From assembly GCF_009914755.1 (NCBI RefSeq), contig NC_060930.1: a DNA stretch of 64,000 nt; one strand, given 5' to 3'. Under the pieces are notes generated by a model, which was not told the origin of the DNA, did no database searches, and worked only from the letters and a program-made list of their open reading frames with translations. Made by a program: the position numbers and the translations under genes. This document shows, in pieces, positions 45,492 to 60,350 of this stretch (the first letter of the stretch is position 1; the number at the start of each line of letters is the position of its first letter). The stretch is from the human T2T-CHM13v2.0 reference genome, Homo sapiens.

Positions 45492-47559
45492 TTAATCTTC
45501 TCAACATCTTTTCCATAGTTCATAAGTAACCACTTTATCTATTATCCAAGTTAATATTCTATTAAATAAATTCTCATATATCCCAAATTTCAAGTCTGTA
45601 TTCTGAAGGAAAAAATAGTTCAATATTTAAATAAATATATATATAATATTGTTAAATATATAAAATCTATAAGTAACATAAATGTGTGTATATAATATAT
45701 TAATATATATTAATATATTAAAGATATTATATTAAAAATATATAAACTATATATATGTTCTATGACCCAAACTAGGCCTTCAGGTTATACAAAATAATTT
45801 CTGAATATGTTCCACATTACTGGCCAATCCCTACACCATGTACATGCTACAGAACATCAGGATCCTGAAGAAATTCTGCTTTGTGGTTGCAGCATCACAA
45901 TTCTCCACCACTGCTTCCTGCCACTAGCATCTTCCTTCTTTTTTAACCTTTGTGGTGGCTCACAATAGAAAATGTAAGAATTAATGCATGGTGAAATCAG
46001 GGGGAGGTTAGGTTTGCACCACACGAATACCGGCTTAAGTGAAATATTTTCTTTTGACCAGAGCAACAGCAACATCTGCTGGTGATGGGTAACTATTGAC
46101 TTAGTTCTACACAAAAGCACAGGGAGCTCAGCATTTGCTTACCAGTGATGTTGGTAGTGTAGAACTAAGAAGGGTTATGTAAAGAAAATAGTCAATTCTA
46201 GTCAAATAAATTACAACAGCTAAACCTGTGGATCCTACTCTTTGGAGGCAGGATGGATGAGACCCTTAAGTAAGCTAAGGAAATTGTGACCCTTCTAACT
46301 TTTAGTATTTACTTACTTCATGAGTAGACCATATATTTAAATAAGATTTTCTTCCATTTCGGTTAATCCTTACAACTCTGTGGATGAAATTGGGTCAGAG
46401 AAGTTGTCTCTTGCCTGAAGTCACCTAGTGTTGGGTCCCATCAAGGATTAGAGTCCCAACTTCCCAATCCCAACCCCATTCTCTTGCCATTATACAATTT
46501 CCAAGAACTAGTAGAAAAAGCCAGAAATTTTATATGTGACTGATAATCATGATGGTCCCTGATTTTCCCACCTTGTTCAAGCTGTAGGTAAAACTTACCC
46601 AATCCTGAACCAACTCTGATCAGGACTGATGGCACATTTGTAAGTTCCAACACATCACTGGTGGGACATAAAGTGGTCTCATTGGCCTTCCTCCATCTTC
46701 TGCTGTTTGTTTTGTACATGGTGGCCCCTTCTTGGTGAACTTCCTTGATTCCTACCTATTCCTTAAGGTAAGTTTATGGGCCCTTCTTTGATGCTACCAT
46801 AAGACCCCTTACATTAGTCTACTAATGTCCTCGCCATATTATTTATAATCATCTTTCTATGGGTTTGTGTTCCTCATCAGATTTCAAGTTTCTTGAAGAC
46901 AGAAATCATATCTTAATCATCTTTGCCTGAAGTAGCTAGCAAAGTATCTGTACTGTATTAAGTATCCAGTAAATACTGAATGAGTAAATAAGTATATAGA
47001 TTGTGACCACTTTCTCCACCATGTCTGGCATCTCACCGTGAATTATGGCCCGCTGGCCTGGGCACTAACACTTATTTTTTTTTACTTCTGTAATTCCTTC
47101 TTCTAGAACTCTGAGCCCGAACCGGTACCATCAGCAATGTGGCAGGTTTTGCTTAAAACTACATGGTTCAAGATATTGCCACTAGTTTGACTTTGTGTCA
47201 CCTTCTAATGACTTCTGCCGCTGTCCCCCAGATCTGATGTGATCCCTTAGGGAGAAACAGGCAGGTAAGCCAGAAAACCCCATCAATTAGATCTCCAGCC
47301 ATTTGTCAGGGCCACCCTAGCAGCTCCATGAATCCCCCAAGTGCTAGTCCTGTCCTACCTAAATTGCCTACAAAATGATGTCAACTAGCGCATACTGCTG
47401 AGGTCTCAGAATGTTCTTGATCAAACCTTATGGGGATTGCACTTAATGTGTATCAACTAGCCACTGGACTCAAGGTTTCTATTAACTTCCTATTGCCTAA
47501 AATAATAATTCCATATTCAGAATGAAGATTCCTTTGTTTTAGGATAAAGGAGGCCTTAC

Positions 47560-47724
47560 CTGAAGATCACGCAATGTTGTCTCATGAGTGTGGGCATCAC
47601 CTTCAAGAACTGAATACTGGTCGAGCTTTTCTTGTTCTTGCCCCAACCAAACTTCAAATGCCTTTAGGTCTCTCTGATACTCTTGGTGCAGGCGGACAAG
47701 TTTTTCAGACTTGGTTACGGCTTC
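47560..47724 (-). CDS. SYNE1: SYNE1 exon ~66 (EAVTKSEK...LRDLQ), 165 nt
   Basis: ttatag|GAA ... CAG|gtaagg; hand-translated 55 codons. Confidence 0.92.
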
Positions 47725-48501
47725 CTATAATTAGCATTTAAAATAATGAAGTTAGGAACACATTACTTTATAAAGCATCAGTGTGCTGTAATTCACTTTT
47801 GTAATTTTAGAAAAGTATAATTATTGAGACATTAGAATATGAGTTATTTCCTAGAATCATGAATCTTCAATATTTATGTAAAAATATAAAAACCTAATAT
47901 TTCAGGAATAAAAGTGTCATTAATTATTTTGTTGAATTAACTACATGATCTCTGAACACCTTATAAAATGTAACAGGCTAAGAAATGAATTCACTTTACT
48001 AATTTCATAAAAATTCACTTTTGCTAATGAAGAAAATTGAAATTCTTATATTGTGCCTTAAATGAAGATTTGGACGTACTGTGGATTAAATTTTCCATAG
48101 TAGAATGCGCTCTGAAAAAGCATATTTATTTTCTTTGTGAGGACTAAATGAAGAATGATTAATACTATCAGTGATTATTTCCCACCTTAGAAAACTCTCA
48201 TCATCAGACATAATAAGGCATTTATGAGTCTTCAATTGAAGGTGTCCAGAATTTTTTTTAAGTTGGTACCTTTCTAGGAATTTTTAGTTGAAAATTATCT
48301 TACTTTCATAGCTTTCATAATACTAACAATATTTGAAGGTTTTTGATTTTGCCAGTAATTCCTTTAAAATATTAAAAATTCATTTTGCTTTTGTTCTGTT
48401 TTCCCAAGCCTGTCATTCTTGAACATAAATGAGTCTTTAAAGGAGCACAGCTCCAAACACTCCCCTTTTGGTGAGTCTACAAGGAAAGTGCTTTGCCGTA
48501 C

Positions 48502-48645
48502 CTTGGCCCTCTCTTGGATGGCTCTGTATCGTTCCTGTAGATCCTGGAGTTCTAGCTGGGTGACATAGTGTTCTGTCATGCCAGCCCCTTTGACTTCGAT
48601 GGTCTCCAGCAAGCTGCTGTAACTCAGCACTTCTTCATTTAATAA
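48502..48645 (-). CDS. SYNE1: SYNE1 exon ~65 (LLNEEVLS...QERAK), 144 nt
   Basis: ctctag|TTA ... AAG|gtacgg. Confidence 0.92.
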
Positions 48646-48849
48646 CTAGAGAGCATTTAAGAAAAATAAAGTGGCCATTCATGCACCATCACATCAACGA
48701 CACTGCTAAAATCAAGATATTTTAATTGTACAGTTGACAAGTGACCTCAGGTTATTTATTCGTCCACTCCTCCATCATTTTATCTATTTGACACAGATAT
48801 GTGTGTGAATGCATGGGTGTGTGTGTGTGTGTGTGTGTGTATTTTATGT

Positions 48850-49900
48850 CTGGTCCAGAACTTTCTCTAACATATGAATTACCAATTAACTACTTTATAT
48901 TTCTACTCTTAACATTTCAAACTGATTATGTCCAGAAATGGACCCCTGATGTTCACCCTATCCCTATTCTACCCCAGCCCCCATGAAGCCCCCTTCTCTT
49001 TCCATCTCTTTTCAAACAGCAAATGCCATGACCTCCCACCCAGACGGTCAACCCAGAACATGGGAATTGTTCCAGCGTCCTCTCTAGCTCTCCGTCCTCT
49101 AAACCATTAGGAAATCCTGTTAGCTCTACCTCCTATTATACTGCGACATCTGTCCCCACATCTCCTGCAAACTCCCCAGCCCAGGCTGCCCTCCTCTTTC
49201 ACTTGGACTTTGCAGTGGTATCCCAGGCAGATTCCTGGCCACCAATTCTTTCCCTGTCCCTTATTTCATGCTCCACACAGCAGTCTAAGTGATATAATGT
49301 CTTGCAATTAAAAGTTGAATCGTGTCGCTTCTCAGCTTAAAACCTGGATTATCGTCCCAATGCTGCCGGGATCAAGTGGAAAATCCTCAGAGCAGCTGGC
49401 ATGGCAATGGAGGATCAGGCTCTGTCTCTCCATCAAACTCCCCTTGCAGCCCCTCCCTGCCTACTCTCTGCTGCAACAACACCTGCCTGTTTCCTCACAG
49501 CTCCCCACTGCACCAGGATATTTCCCTCCACAGGGCCCGAGGACCTGCTTTTTATTCTATCCGGAATGCTGGTTCCTCAACTCCTCCCCAGGCTCATTTC
49601 TCTGGCTTAAATTCTTTAGTGCATGGACTATATGTCTGCTGTTTCAGAGAGGCCTTTCCTGTCCCTCTCCCTTGGCCTCAAACAAGCTGTATGAGCCTTT
49701 TCAAAATGATTCTCTCTCACACCACACTACTTTTTTTTTCTTCATAGTATTCAGCAGTTAAAATTATTTATTTGTACATTTATTACTGAGTGCATGCATC
49801 CCCACTAACATACGCTTGACTGTTTTTACTGCTAGAATCGGGCACAGTCCCTACATGTAGCAATTTCTCAATAAATGTTGATTGAATAGATGAACAATCC
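48850..49900 (+). mobile_element. L2 LINE relic (approximate bounds)
   Basis: L2-type motifs; 3' end ctcaataaatgttgattgaatagatgaa. Confidence 0.6.
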
Positions 49901-51357
49901 AATTAATTAAGCAATTAATTATTATAACAGATAATACATGCAGGTATTTATGAAGCAGATAATTATAATTATATTATTTTATGGATGCATAAATGAGACC
50001 CAGAAACATTAAGTACCTTGGCATAGGTCACATAAGATCATTTAGTCATTTAAATAACTTTTATTCAGCGTGTGTTCTGTGTCAGACAGAGAGCCAAGTG
50101 TTGAGGATATAAAGAAAATTAAGCATCTCTATTCACTGAAGGAGAGGGACATGCAAATATATATGAAATTGATAAAGAGCTTTGAACCAAGGGCTATGAG
50201 AGAACAGAACAATGAATCAAGCCTGAGCGGTGGTGGTGTAGCATAGCTAAAATGACTTCAAAATTCATTCAGAAAGATAAGTAGGAGGTTGCCAGGGGCA
50301 GAGACAGAGCAAGGACCTTCTGTAAAAAGAGAAGAGATTATGCAAAGACACAGAATTGTGAAGATTGTGGCATGTTCAGGAGATAGTGTGAGATTCAGCA
50401 AGGCTGGAGAGCGCAAGGGAGGAGGCTGGGAGCATGAAGGAAAGGAGCATGGCAGAGGAGTTTATTTCCATTCTTACAAACCAGGTGACGGAGATTGAGC
50501 TTATCCTGTAGACAATGGGAAGCCAACACAGGACCTCAGGCAGGAAGTGAGACATTCATCTTTATAGGAGATAACAATAGATGGAGGCAAGAAACAAGGT
50601 GAAAAATTAGGAGTCTGTTCCAGTTCAGGTGAAGAGGATGGATCAGTAGGACCTAGTGCCAGATGCAAAGTGGCAATGAGAAAGAAGGCACTGAGAATAA
50701 TGAGGTTTCCAATGTAATATATTCAGGGTGAGGTGATACAAATGAGCAGGAATAGAGAATGTGAGAGGTTAAAGGATTTCTGTGTAGAAGATCACAAGTG
50801 CTGTTTAGGATAATGGTAAGGGGGTGATGGAACAGGCTGACCGATGATCATGCCCTGGAGTGAGGCTGCAGCTATAAACCAAAGGACTGTAAAACTTCAT
50901 GTTTGAATACTACTGCCAATAAGTTTTAAGAACATGCCATTATTTATTTATTTAAAAAAATCTTTCCATGTAGTACTGTACTAATGTAAGCATTATGACG
51001 AATGCACAAAAGATAACACAAAGGGATGTGATAAAAAAAAAAAAAAAAAGGAAGACTTCCTAATGATGAGCAGGCTGAAGACATTAAAAGATATTTCATG
51101 GTGCTACATTTTAAATGGTTTGTATCATAAAACATGGATCTACATGGTTTTCCTGGAAGGAAAAATTTTCACTCACTAATAAAGTAATCACAAATGAAAG
51201 TCCAGTTTAAGAAGCCTTTAGAGATTATACTAAAAGCCCCAAACGTAATTTGCTTATGTGCACTGCCCTAGGGTACACGTAATCCCATTTTTGTCTGACT
51301 GTGGCATTCTAAAGAAGCCTGTGAGAAAACACATGGAATCTGAAATCCAGCTCTCAC

Positions 51358-51511
51358 CTTGGCTTTTCCGAGCATCGTTGTTTTATCCCGCAGCTCCGCA
51401 TGCTGCCTTTCTGATTCATTCAGGTTGGCTTCCATACTATCCATCCAACCGGAGAACTGTCGAACGCCATCCTGATAACTTGTCCACTTGGAGAGAGCTC
51501 CTTCGAGTTGG
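51358..51511 (-). CDS. SYNE1: SYNE1 exon ~64 ((S)QLEGALS...LGKAK), 154 nt
   Basis: ctttcag|C CAA ... AAG|gtgaga. Confidence 0.92.
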
Positions 51512-52072
51512 CTGAAAGGGATTTGAAAGGACAATAAATCCACATTGAGAATCCTTAGGAGTCTAAAATGTCATTGTGTCTGCTCCATCCACTCCAGTAA
51601 GCAAGGGGTCAAGAGATCAGGAAGAAGCTTGCTTGGGAGTGAGCAGGCTGCCCAGGGCTTAAGGACACTGAGTCCAGGTCTGAAGGGCAGCCTCAGGAAG
51701 CAAGGAACATTTAAACCCAGGCCAATATGCAGAAACATGGAACTAGCTATCAACTCAAGAGTCAGCGGCTGGGGGGACACGAGACACTGGGGGAGCCTCA
51801 AAGGCAAAACTGAGAGAGATCCCCTGAGTGGGTCTTTTCTGGAGCCAAAGCTCTGGGCAGGGAGAGAAGCAACACTTAACTCTATCAAACCGAGCAGGAC
51901 ATTGAGAGCAGGAGAGAAAAGTAAGAACAGTAACCACCTTACGTGAGATTAAATATCAGAAAATCGTAATGAAATAAAAGGACAATATTTCCTGACTTGG
52001 TCTAAATAGTAAAACTTAATTATTTATTTTATCGATAAGTTAAGCACTTCCCTTGTCTCAATACACATGCTA

Positions 52073-52368
<296 letters not shown>

Positions 52369-52400
52369 TACACATGCTATATTTTAAATTTCATTAATCA

Positions 52401-52758
<358 letters not shown>

Positions 52759-53144
52759 TCATTTCTGCCTAATTGTACTACCAGGTTTTGGGTCCTTTTG
52801 TAGCAGACACTGTAAGTGCTCCATCCATCCACACCCCCGGATCACACCACTGCAGCACAGTCCAGTTGGACTTCTAATTGCTCCTAGATCTCTTAGCTTG
52901 AAGACATTCTCTAGCCCCTGATGTACTCTCAGTTTGAGGGCAATATAGGCACAGGGGAGCCTCACCCTGAGGGGCAGCCCTCAACTGCTCTTCTAATTCA
53001 TATGAGTTTGTCTCTAAATACTCCAGATCCCCTGCCCTTGGATGGGATAACTGGGGCTCACACTGTATACCAGCTCCCAGCATTGCCTGACTGGATTAAG
53101 TTGCAGTTGCTCACAACGGTGGGCAACTCGCTTGATAACATACC

Positions 53145-53520
53145 TGATATGGTTAAGCTCTGTGTCCCCACCCAAATATCATCTTGAATTGTAGTTCCCA
53201 TAATCCCCACATGTCATGGGAGGGACCCAATGGGAGGTAATTGAATCATGGGGGTGGTTTCCCCCATGCTGTTCTCGTGATAGTCAGTGAGTGTTCATGA
53301 GATCTGATGATTTTATAAGGGGCTTTTCCCCTTTTGCTCAGCACTTGTCTCTCTTGCTGCCATGCGAAGAAGGATGTGTTTGCTTCCCCTTCCGCCACGA
53401 TTGTAAGTTTCCTGAGGCCTCCCCAGCCATGAGGAATTGGGAGTCAATTAAACCTCTTTCCTTTATAAATTACCCAATCTCAGGAATGTCTTCCTAGCAG
53501 AGTGAGAACGGGCTAATACA
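53145..53520 (+). mobile_element. THE1D-like (MaLR) solo LTR, nested in an older degraded LTR-like sequence
   Basis: tgatatggttaagctctgtgtccccaccc ... ggctaataca; TSD a(t/c)acc. Confidence 0.85.
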
Positions 53521-53781
53521 ACACCCTTTACTTACTGCCCTCCCCCTGCCTGCCATTTCTTTCCCACTCCTCTATTTGTATTTCCTGGGTTTACCTCCCA
53601 AGTCCACTACTTGGTTTTAATCCTTATATTTTTACATTATGAATCTTTTTTTTTTTGTATTTTTATGTTAGCAACAACAACAAAAAGAAACATGCATTTT
53701 TAGTTATATTACCACATTGGCACAGTATTCAGGTCAATCTAAATGTGAGATTACATCTGCCAGTTTCTTTTGTTCTAATAA

Positions 53782-53965
53782 GAAAAAAGAAAGAAAAAGA
53801 AAGAGGAATCAAGAGAAAACAGGGGGAAGGAAGGAAGAAAGGAAAGGGAGTGAGGGAGGGAAGGAGGAAGGAGGAAGGAGGAAGGAAGGAAGGAAGGAAG
53901 GAAGGAAGGAAGGAAGGAAGGGAGGAAGGGAGGAAGGAAGGAAAGGAAAGGGAAGGGAAGGGAAG
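53782..53965 (+). repeat. GA-rich STR including (GGAA)10 at 53880-53919
   Basis: Direct reading. Confidence 0.95.
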
Positions 53966-54050
53966 CCGGCCACAGGAATGGTCTGTTCAGTAGTATTATA
54001 TTGATCTTTTAGTAATAGCTTCCCCAGTGCTTGGCTGTAGTTTCCCTCAC

Positions 54051-54223
54051 CTTTTACAACGAATCCCTGCAGACAAAAGGGATGCCCACATATCCTTCAC
54101 ACTCTGCAGCTGCTGCTGAATAGTGGGAATGCCTTCTGGAGAAGTATTCTGAAGGACAGATTCTCCCCTGGTCACTATCATTTTCATCTGAATCTCTTTT
54201 TCCTGTTTGACTGATAATAGAGC
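54051..54223 (-). CDS. SYNE1: SYNE1 exon ~63 (ALLSVKQE...GIRCK), 173 nt
   Basis: ttcacag|GCT ... AAA AG|gtgagg. Confidence 0.92.
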
Positions 54224-54660
54224 CTGTGAAAACACATACAGAAGTCCTTTGTCATTTGTATGTTTAACATTGCTGGCTTTAAATATTGCAGAGCTCCTAA
54301 AGATCACAGAATAATATGCAATTGTGCCCAGCCCTGGAGCTCCCAGTCGGCTGAGACAGAGGGTGGGGAAGTGGCTTGCTGGTGAATGCCAGTCACCAGC
54401 TACCCGCTGGTTTTTACTAAGTGGCCTTGGTGTTGAAGGTCTGCAGTCTTCTCTGAATAATCCCTTCCTTCCAATGAAGTTTTACTTTACTGGTTTTAAC
54501 AAGGGAAAAATATAGTACAGTAGAATTCATGATTTCTCAAAGGTTATAGGATGAAGAGCTTATAAATGTTATGGTCTCTATAACCAAAAAAACCCATAGA
54601 AATAGATTATATATTTCATGTTCTTCATAAGTACTATTCTTTTTCTATGTGAGAAGGAAG

Positions 54661-54964
54661 TTTCTTCTTTTGCTTTTTTTAGAGACAGAGTCTATCTTTC
54701 TCTCCCAGGCTTCAGTGCAGTGGTGTAATCATAGTTCACTGCAGCCTCAAACCCCTGGGATCAAGCGATCCTTCTAGCTCAGCCTCCTTGGTAGCTGGGA
54801 CTACAGGCATATGCTGCCATGGCCAGCTAATTTAAATGTTTTTTTTTTTTTGTAAAGGTGAGGTCGATGCCCAGCCTGGTGTTGAACTCCTAGGCTCAAG
54901 CAATCCTCCCACTTCAGCCTCCCAAAGTGCTGGGATTGTAAGTGTAAGCCACTGCGCCCGGCCA
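54661..54964 (-). mobile_element. AluJ SINE
   Basis: Diverged Alu; TSD agaaggaagttt. Confidence 0.88.
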
Positions 54965-55254
54965 GAAGGAAGTTTTAATTCCAAGTTATAAAACTGATAA
55001 TGTTGCCTAAAAGACAAAGCTTCATCTCTTTTTATAATGTGGTTCTTGCCAACTTCCAAAGCCTCAGCTTCAGCCACCCATTGCCACCAGTTTCTGCTGT
55101 GGCAATAAGCAACTGGTAGAAATTTCTCACACACTACGCTGTTCTTTCCTCTGGCTGTTCCTCACACTTTTCCCCTCTCTGCCACCATTCCCAAGTCTCC
55201 ACCCAGTTATCTTTGCCAAAATAATTCTCCCTATCATTCTTAAAAACTTGGTTT

Positions 55255-55719
<465 letters not shown>

Positions 55720-56207
55720 TTTAAACCCCACACAACTCGGGTTACCTATCACACTTCCTAAGAAATCTCTCCCAACTTTCAACCCCATCCCTTCTGCACG
55801 GTTCCACTCCTGTGTATGTCTATAACACCATAAATACATCTGCATCTGTGGTTGTTGTCTTCTATATTTCGACCTCCAACTTCAGACAGTAAAACCCCTG
55901 AGGAAAAAGACTATGTTATTCACCTTTGATTCCTTGGTGTCAAGACAGAGTGCCGGTCTCCTAGAAGGCACCCAGTATACAAATGAATGCAGACTCATTA
56001 TTTTCTTCACAAATGCGAAAATGAACTCATAACTTGGGATGGGAGGAGAATTGGCTAAATACAGGAAGACAAGTGAGTGGAAAAAGATGGAAAATGTTTT
56101 GCCCTATAAAATGTTTCCTCAAAATATTTTCCCATAATGAATATGTCTGTGATCTCATTTAAAACTAGCCTCTTAACAAGTGATCACACAAGTAATCACA
56201 TTCGGGC

Positions 56208-56223
56208 TTTATTTTATTTTATT
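56208..56223 (-). terminator. Triple overlapping AATAAA poly(A) signal (intron ~62)
   Basis: + strand tttattttattttatt; GU-rich tgtgattacttgtgtgatcacttg follows downstream on the minus strand. Confidence 0.7.
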
Positions 56224-56421
56224 TTTTGGAAAACATCCGGGGTCAGATGATTCAGGAATTCTCTGGCATGTGCACCCAAGGCAGACAGCGTTGCACTCAC
56301 AAAGCATCTGAGATTTATCATGGAGAGAATGTGACATCATCACCCCAGGTGGATGGAGACGGGAAATTTTGAGAAAAACAAATTCTGTAGGTTGGAGATA
56401 TTTCTGTGTAAAGATGCACAC
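56209..56421 (-). CDS. SYNE1: Alternative terminal extension of exon ~62 (VCIFTQKY...PKNKIK*), KASH-less isoform C-terminus
   Basis: Frame stays open 70 codons past the donor and stops inside three overlapping AATAAA; recalled as the GSRP-56/Drop1-type 3' end. Confidence 0.7.
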   Translation of the reverse strand: MCIFTQKYLQPTEFVFLKISRLHPPGVMMSHSLHDKSQMLCECNAVCLGCTCQRIPESSDPGCFPKNKIK

Positions 56422-56586
56422 CTCGAGCTTGAGCGTCCTGCTGTCCAGCACACTTTTGTCGGATGTCGGGTGGCAGTATGAATCCAGCATGTGAATCGCA
56501 TCCGTCATCCAGTCTTGTAATTCTTTAATCCCAAGAGAGAACTGATTGTGTTCTGCAACGATTCTATCCAGTCTTGACACTTTCTC
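56422..56586 (-). CDS. SYNE1: SYNE1 exon ~62 (EKVSRLDR...TLKLE), 165 nt
   Basis: tttccag|GAG ... GAG|gtgtgc. Confidence 0.92.
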
Positions 56587-58175
56587 CTGGAAATGACAGA
56601 AATGGTTTTCGAGCTGTCCATCCCACAGAGACAAATTGCAAAGCTAACAGTTTGTTTGAAACAAAGGCAATCAGTCATGGCTTCATACGCTGCACAGATA
56701 CGAGGCAAGTCTGGCCTAAATCTATGAGATATGTTAAAGATCTTTCTAAATCATAAAACTATTAGAATAACTGGGTCAAAAGCAAAAAAAAAAGTTACAA
56801 TTTTATGCCTCTCCAATTCTTTATGACTATCATGATTATTTTAAATCAGTAAAATTTCTCCCTAATGCCTTGTCTGGGAGACTGGTCAAAGTAGTTTCTA
56901 GTTTTCACATATCACATTAGGCTCACCTGACACAACAACCCACATGACCTACATTGTAGCCAGAGTTCTAAAAAAAAAATAATCTGAGATTTTTGTAATA
57001 TCTCTAAATTTTAAAACATGGGACCATACACATGGTTTTGTTTATCAATTATAGGTTATATCTAACACAGTGAAGACTTTGCAAGAATAATCTACAGCTC
57101 TCAAAATATTCATATATCGATTACTTTTGGTATCTAAGTAAATACAAAGGAATGGAAAGATGTTCTTCATTCATTCTAAGATGATTCATTCCTTATCTTA
57201 ACTTAGGTATGTGCCAGATTTTATAAAAACATCCAAAATAACAATCATAGAATAAAAATGGGTGTAAACATAGACTATTTACTCCCAGACCTAAGCTAGT
57301 GTGACTGCTTCAGTGATGTGTATTGAAGACCCAAATGAGCAGACCCTCTGTAAATGCACACTTACAGAACAGATGAGGCCAAATTAAAGACTAAATTATA
57401 CCAGTGTCCCTATATTCTAACACCTGAAAGTTAAAAACATAGGAAACAAAGGTTATAAGCCACATAAAGCTCAAGATAGGTCTGCAACACACAGTTCAAA
57501 ATGGGTCTACGTTACCATCTACGTCAAAATGGCTGAATGTTCTAAATGAGATTGTAGTAGGATTCCATTTATTTTCTTCTAAGCTATTTGAAAAGAGGTT
57601 TAATCAGTTGTCTGAACCATTGCCAATTTTGAGCTCTGCTCTAGAATCTGAACTGAAACTCTCAATCAACACATCCTTGACTACTATATAATGAATGCAA
57701 AGATTCAGATGAATTTTTTAAAAATATCATTATATTTAATCTAATAAAATTTAAACTGTTTAGAATCCATGTTTTTTCTAAAGTAATTTAATCTGGGATT
57801 ATTTAGAACAAAAACTCTGGGATTATTTAGAACAAAAAAAATCATGTTTATGATTTGAGTCTTCCAAATCAAAGCCCTGGGAAACATATCATTTCAGTAT
57901 TAAAAGGAATATCTTGTGCAATAATGAAGACTGAAAGTCTCCTCAATCTTTGAAACCTCCTTCGGCCTTTTCAGAGAGCCACATCAAGCTTATGCAACAA
58001 CAATGATGAACTCAGATTGCAAGGCTAAGGAAACAGCACACACGCCCCTTACTGCTGACCTGGAGACCCACACTGTGGGCGGGTCAGGATGCAATGCACA
58101 CCCTGCAGAACCTGCTGCAACTCCAATTTTGCGACATCAGTATCACACTCACACACAGCACGTGCCAGGCGTTAC

Positions 58176-58331
58176 CTTTGTTAAATTGCTTAGCGCTAGA
58201 TACTGAGAAGACAGCTGCGACACTCTGTGCCTAAAGCTCTTGCTGGCAGCTTGTCCTTCCCACAGCTGCTGAGCTTTCTCTTTCAGCCTGTTGAGCTGAG
58301 GCTCGTAGCAGTGTATTTCCTCAAGGACAGA
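58176..58331 (-). CDS. SYNE1: SYNE1 exon ~61 (SVLEEIHC...SNLTK), 156 nt
   Basis: ttttcag|TCT ... AAG|gtaacg; hand-translated 52 codons. Confidence 0.92.
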
Positions 58332-58674
58332 CTGAAAAGCACAAGCAAGTTACTATTCAGAGGCTGGGGAAAAGCACATCGCGGACGAAGCTTTGGCCCA
58401 GAGAACATGGAAATCAACACTGGCAGGCAGTCCGTGTACCCTGGAGGCTTTATTATCTCCAATCTACACACCGTGGAGCACAAATCATGGAAGGAAACAA
58501 ATCATACTTCCAAGGAAAGTCAGAAAACATAAAATCCACCAGAAATGGGGAAAAACACACTATGTCTCACGGCAGCACAGTCTAACTCAAGGGTGCTGAG
58601 CATGCATCTGTAAGGTCGACAGAGGACGGACAAAGACTAGGTCAGATGGGGCTACGGGGAGGCGGGCTCATCAC

Positions 58675-58818
58675 CTGGAGCTTCTGCTGCTCCCTCCTCT
58701 TTGCTGGCAGATCATAGAGGCGATTGCTGCTTTCATGGACCATCTTCTCAGTTTTACTCAGCCAGTCCTGGATAGGCTCAGCACTTACTTCAAAGTCCTT
58801 CATTTGGATCTTTAGATT
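58675..58818 (-). CDS. SYNE1: SYNE1 exon ~60 (NLKIQMKD...QQKLQ), 144 nt
   Basis: cttgcag|AAT ... CAG|gtgatg. Confidence 0.92.
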
Positions 58819-58904
58819 CTGCAAGGTTTTAGATAGTGTCCAGGACAAGAAAATATTTTAATAGCAAGTCCAAGGTCCTTCACTTGGCATTCAAAGTCCA
58901 CCCA

Positions 58905-59264
<360 letters not shown>

Positions 59265-60350
59265 TTACCTTGGCACAAACACAATTTTTGAATATCCTTT
59301 AAGAACTTTTTAGGGTTCTCCTTTTGAAAATAGAATTTTTCCCCCCTAACTCTCTGGCCCACTTCTGAGATCACACCCATTTCTCAACTTCTAGAGCATT
59401 TGTTGTCTATACCATGCCTATATACTTCATCATAGACTAGGTTGGATTGTGAATTTTCATCTGACACAGGTGTGCCTTGTCTCCAGAACTAGACTGCAAG
59501 CTCCATGAGGGGAGGGCCTGGGTCTGACACTTCCGGAGACACACCATAGTACCTTACAGGAATGTAAAGAAATGTTAGTCAACATTTGGTTGATTTTCAT
59601 TAATGAGGGTACAAGAAGTAGCATATCCATGTAGTTTATGTGATTATGTTGTTAATAAATAATTTATTCTGATTTATCAAGTGATAAGAAATACTAAATA
59701 ATGTTATGTGCTTATCACATAAGAATGTCATAATACTTTCACAGTTACTATGTAGTACCCTAGGTGTAAAATGTGTTTGATAAAGTTTTATATGGTACTG
59801 TCTAACTTTAGCAAAGGTGTCTGCATCTACTGTCTCTTACTTATAAAGTGGTAGGTGGACGTGAATGTGAATTTGTTATTTATGTTACCCTGTGAGTCAA
59901 CTAAAGGCTGTAAAAACAACCAGTACTTTAGGTAGTATTGTCCAAGAGGGAGTACATAAAGGTTAGCTGAAGAATCTAAGTGGCAAGAGCTAATGAAACT
60001 TATGAGAGAATAGTTCAAGGTTCCACCTGTATCTGGTCTGGGTCGTCTACAATATGGGGAAAATCACATCTGCCTTACTCACCTCTGAGGGATATGGGTT
60101 AGCTGTAAGAATCATTTGAAAAGTTAGTATCTCACAAATGTAAAATACCAAAATAACTTCTGGAGTATTCTACCAAAATTTAGGTTGCATGAAGGCAGGG
60201 ACTTGGTTCTGTTTTATTCTCTGCTATAGCCCCAGAGCCTAGACTAGTCCTTCACAAATAGAAGATGCTCAACAAATATTTGTTGAATAATTAAATTCAT
60301 AAATTCAAGGTGTTTCCATCTTCCTGTTACTAGAGCCTCATGGGGCCACT

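Noticed and set aside
45630-45760. AT-rich palindromic stretches (also 1720-1880)
   Set aside because: Ordinary low-complexity TA sequence
49315-49761. Two overlapping ~145-aa plus-strand ORFs
   Set aside because: Lie in a degraded L2 relic; no coding signature
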